From an uncultured Mycoplasmatota bacterium (GTDB lineage Bacteria > Bacillota_I > Bacilli_A > RF39 > UBA660): 47,897 nucleotides of DNA. Below the pieces are notes generated by a model. It ran no database searches. It saw nothing but the letters and a program-made list of their open reading frames with translations, and was not told the DNA's origin. This document shows positions 45,990 through 47,897 of this stretch, in pieces. The DNA is taken from the NCBI GenBank assembly GCA_900552975.1, contig UWSL01000001.1, positions 1-47,897 of the forward strand, given 5' to 3'. A program made the translations under genes and the position numbers. Position 1 is the stretch's first letter. Each line of letters opens with the position of its first letter.

Positions 45990-46736
45990 CTATTCATATT
46001 TACTTATCAATTTACCAAAATTTGGAATATCAATTTTTCCTGATATTAATAATTCCTTAGCATTATCAATAGAAATTATTTTATTTTTTAATAAAATTTC
46101 CAATGCTGCATAATTAAAGTCTTTATTATTATCCCCCATTTTATAATCATTTATAAGTGCTGTCACATCAACAAAAGAACTTAAAGTTTTTCCTACTGTC
46201 TCATTTAGCACAGGCGTATTTCTAATATTATCCGCTATTGATGGTGATAATTCAATTCCTGCTATATTGGCGAATGATGTAAACATAAAGATTATAGCAT
46301 ATAAAATAACATAAAATTCCATAAAGCCAATAATAGCTCCCAATAATTCACTAGGTATTCCAAGTGACAATATAATCGAAAGCAACTTATCTACTAAAGT
46401 AGTAAAAACAGCTATTATTCTTAGTATTATGTATAATAACGATGCCGTTACCAAAAAAGCCAAAAATTCATATAAAAGAATATTTAAAACTGTTACACCA
46501 GCTAAAGGTCCACCAAAATTAAAAAATGGTAAATGCTTATAAAAAAATATCGAAATTGGATTTTTTAAAAAATAAGCCCCAAATAAAACAATTATTATTC
46601 CTAAAAAACTTATACAAGACTCATTAAAACCTCTTTTATATCCAAAATAAATTCCTACTACTAAAATAAAAAATATAAAAACATTTATTATTGCTGTTCC
46701 AGCATCAGGCAAATCATATAATAACAAATCAATCAT
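45990..46736 (-). CDS. cvpA: CvpA-family membrane protein
   Basis: 248 aa with 4-5 TM helices in a typical CvpA N-terminal arrangement. Synteny with rnhC matches B. subtilis yshB. Confidence 0.6.
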   Translation of the reverse strand: MIDLLLYDLPDAGTAIINVFIFFILVVGIYFGYKRGFNESCISFLGIIIVLFGAYFLKNPISIFFYKHLPFFNFGGPLAGVTVLNILLYEFLAFLVTASLLYIILRIIAVFTTLVDKLLSIILSLGIPSELLGAIIGFMEFYVILYAIIFMFTSFANIAGIELSPSIADNIRNTPVLNETVGKTLSSFVDVTALINDYKMGDNNKDFNYAALEILLKNKIISIDNAKELLISGKIDIPNFGKLISKYE

Positions 46737-46821
46737 CCTTTCTACTATGATTATATTATATATTTGATGAAATTTAAAGCAAAATATGTTAAGATAGCTA
46801 TAGTTAAAAAGAGGTGTAATT

Positions 46822-47745
46822 GTGACAATAGTTTTTAAAATAAGTGATAATTTAAAAGATGACGTTATAAATTTTTATAAAGATCGTTTCTGTAGTAAAA
46901 CTCCACCATATGCAGTTTTTCAAGTTAAAGATTTTGACTGTGTAATAACCCTTTATGAATCAGGAAAAATAATGTTCCAAGGTTTAGGAGCTGACATTGA
47001 AGCAAGTTATTGGATTGAACAAGAAAGAATTAAAAATAAACGTCTTATCGATCCTAATTCTCAAGACAAAAAAGAGAAAAAAAATAAAAAAGAAGAAATA
47101 AAACAATTTATTAATCTTTCTTCAGTTGGATCAGATGAAGTTGGAACAGGCGACTATTTTGGTCCTTTAGTAGTAACAGCATCATTTGTTCCCAAAGAAC
47201 AATTTGCTTTCCTTGAAGAACTTGGTGTTAAAGACTCAAAAAAATTAACTGATGAAAAAATTATTAAAATTGCTCCTTCTATTATAAAGAACATTACTTA
47301 TACAACTTTAGTTTTAGACAACAAAACATATAATGATTACCATAGTACTGATATAAATATGAATAAAATTAAAGCTATTCTACACAATAAATGTTTATTA
47401 TCAGTTATAAAAAAAGATAACGTTAAATATGACAAAATTGTAGTAGATCAATTTGAGCCACCCAAAAGTTATTACGCTCACTTAAACAATGTTAAAGAAA
47501 AAGTTACTAACATAACTTTTTTAACTAAAGCAGAAGATCAATGTTTTTCTGTAGCCGCATCATCTATTATAAGTCGTTACATTTTTTTAAGAGAAATTAA
47601 AAAATTAGAAAAAAAATACGAAATAACTATCCCTTTAGGAGCAGGCGATACAGTAAATAAAGTTGCTCAAACAATCGTCGATAAATACGGAAAAAAAGAA
47701 TTAGAAAATCTTGTAAAATTAAATTGTAAAATCATTTGCATATAA
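46822..47745 (+). CDS. rnhC: Ribonuclease HIII
   Basis: 307 aa with an N-terminal substrate-binding domain and a catalytic core starting GSDEVGTGDYFGP. Confidence 0.85.
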   Translation: MTIVFKISDNLKDDVINFYKDRFCSKTPPYAVFQVKDFDCVITLYESGKIMFQGLGADIEASYWIEQERIKNKRLIDPNSQDKKEKKNKKEEIKQFINLSSVGSDEVGTGDYFGPLVVTASFVPKEQFAFLEELGVKDSKKLTDEKIIKIAPSIIKNITYTTLVLDNKTYNDYHSTDINMNKIKAILHNKCLLSVIKKDNVKYDKIVVDQFEPPKSYYAHLNNVKEKVTNITFLTKAEDQCFSVAASSIISRYIFLREIKKLEKKYEITIPLGAGDTVNKVAQTIVDKYGKKELENLVKLNCKIICI

Positions 47746-47775
47746 TTATTCAACTAATTTATTGGGGAGATTAAA

Positions 47776-47897
47776 TTGTACAAAGTTTTGCTCGTTGAAG
47801 ATGATAACAGAATCCGCACAATGATTCAGAATTTTTTTAAGGTTAAAGGTTATAAATTTGAAATTGATTATGCCCTTGACGGCGAACAGGGGATAAA
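47776..47897 (+). CDS. Response regulator receiver domain (partial; runs off the window)
   Basis: A TTG start follows GGGGAG. The translation is LYKVLLVEDDNRIRTMIQNFFKVKGYKFEIDYALDGEQG. Confidence 0.65.
   Translation, partial: MYKVLLVEDDNRIRTMIQNFFKVKGYKFEIDYALDGEQGI

Overview
Strongly AT-rich chromosomal segment read with the standard genetic code: long ORFs end in TGA and Trp is TGG, so it is not a TGA=Trp mollicute. Gene content and order resemble low-GC Bacillota. Blocks shared with Bacillus subtilis, recalled from memory, are relA-dtd-hisS-aspS-6S RNA-yrvM(tcdA)-rarA, spoVB-yrzE-comN, queA/tgt, and uvrC/trxA/cvpA/rnhC. All calls come from motifs read in the supplied translations and from DNA patterns read by eye. 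No homology search was run.

Main content:
1. Positions 51-5243 hold a ~5.2 kb filamentous-phage-like prophage. It encodes an HUH Rep, a Zot/pI-type ATPase, a small coat-like protein, pIII/pVI-like membrane proteins and an XRE repressor with an operator-caged promoter. It has no integrase and is bounded by two direct 28-bp dif-like sites, which suggests a Xer-exploiting element. A Xer recombinase gene lies 1.7 kb away.
2. Housekeeping genes include zupT, xerD-like, rarA, gpsA and tcdA. A tightly packed hisS-asnS-aspS-gatCAB cluster sits behind one His-specifier T-box. Further genes are dtd, relA, a spoVB/murJ-like flippase, tgt, queA, uvrC, an LMW phosphatase, trxA, cvpA, rnhC and a partial response regulator.
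3. A structurally convincing 6S RNA candidate lies upstream of tcdA.
4. Four accessory insertions break the conserved order:
- an orphan HerA-like ATPase with an unknown 284-aa neighbour;
- a Cys-cluster/NTase-like protein coupled to a PHP phosphoesterase;
- a 2342-aa leaderless giant protein with helical repeats, an unassigned Cys-rich domain and a C-terminal PI3/4-kinase-like catalytic core, translationally coupled (ATGA) to a 73-aa acidic protein;
- a decayed IS scar next to a truncated yigZ.

I consider the giant-protein pair and the dif-flanked prophage the two most novel items. No rRNA, tRNA or CRISPR array was seen.
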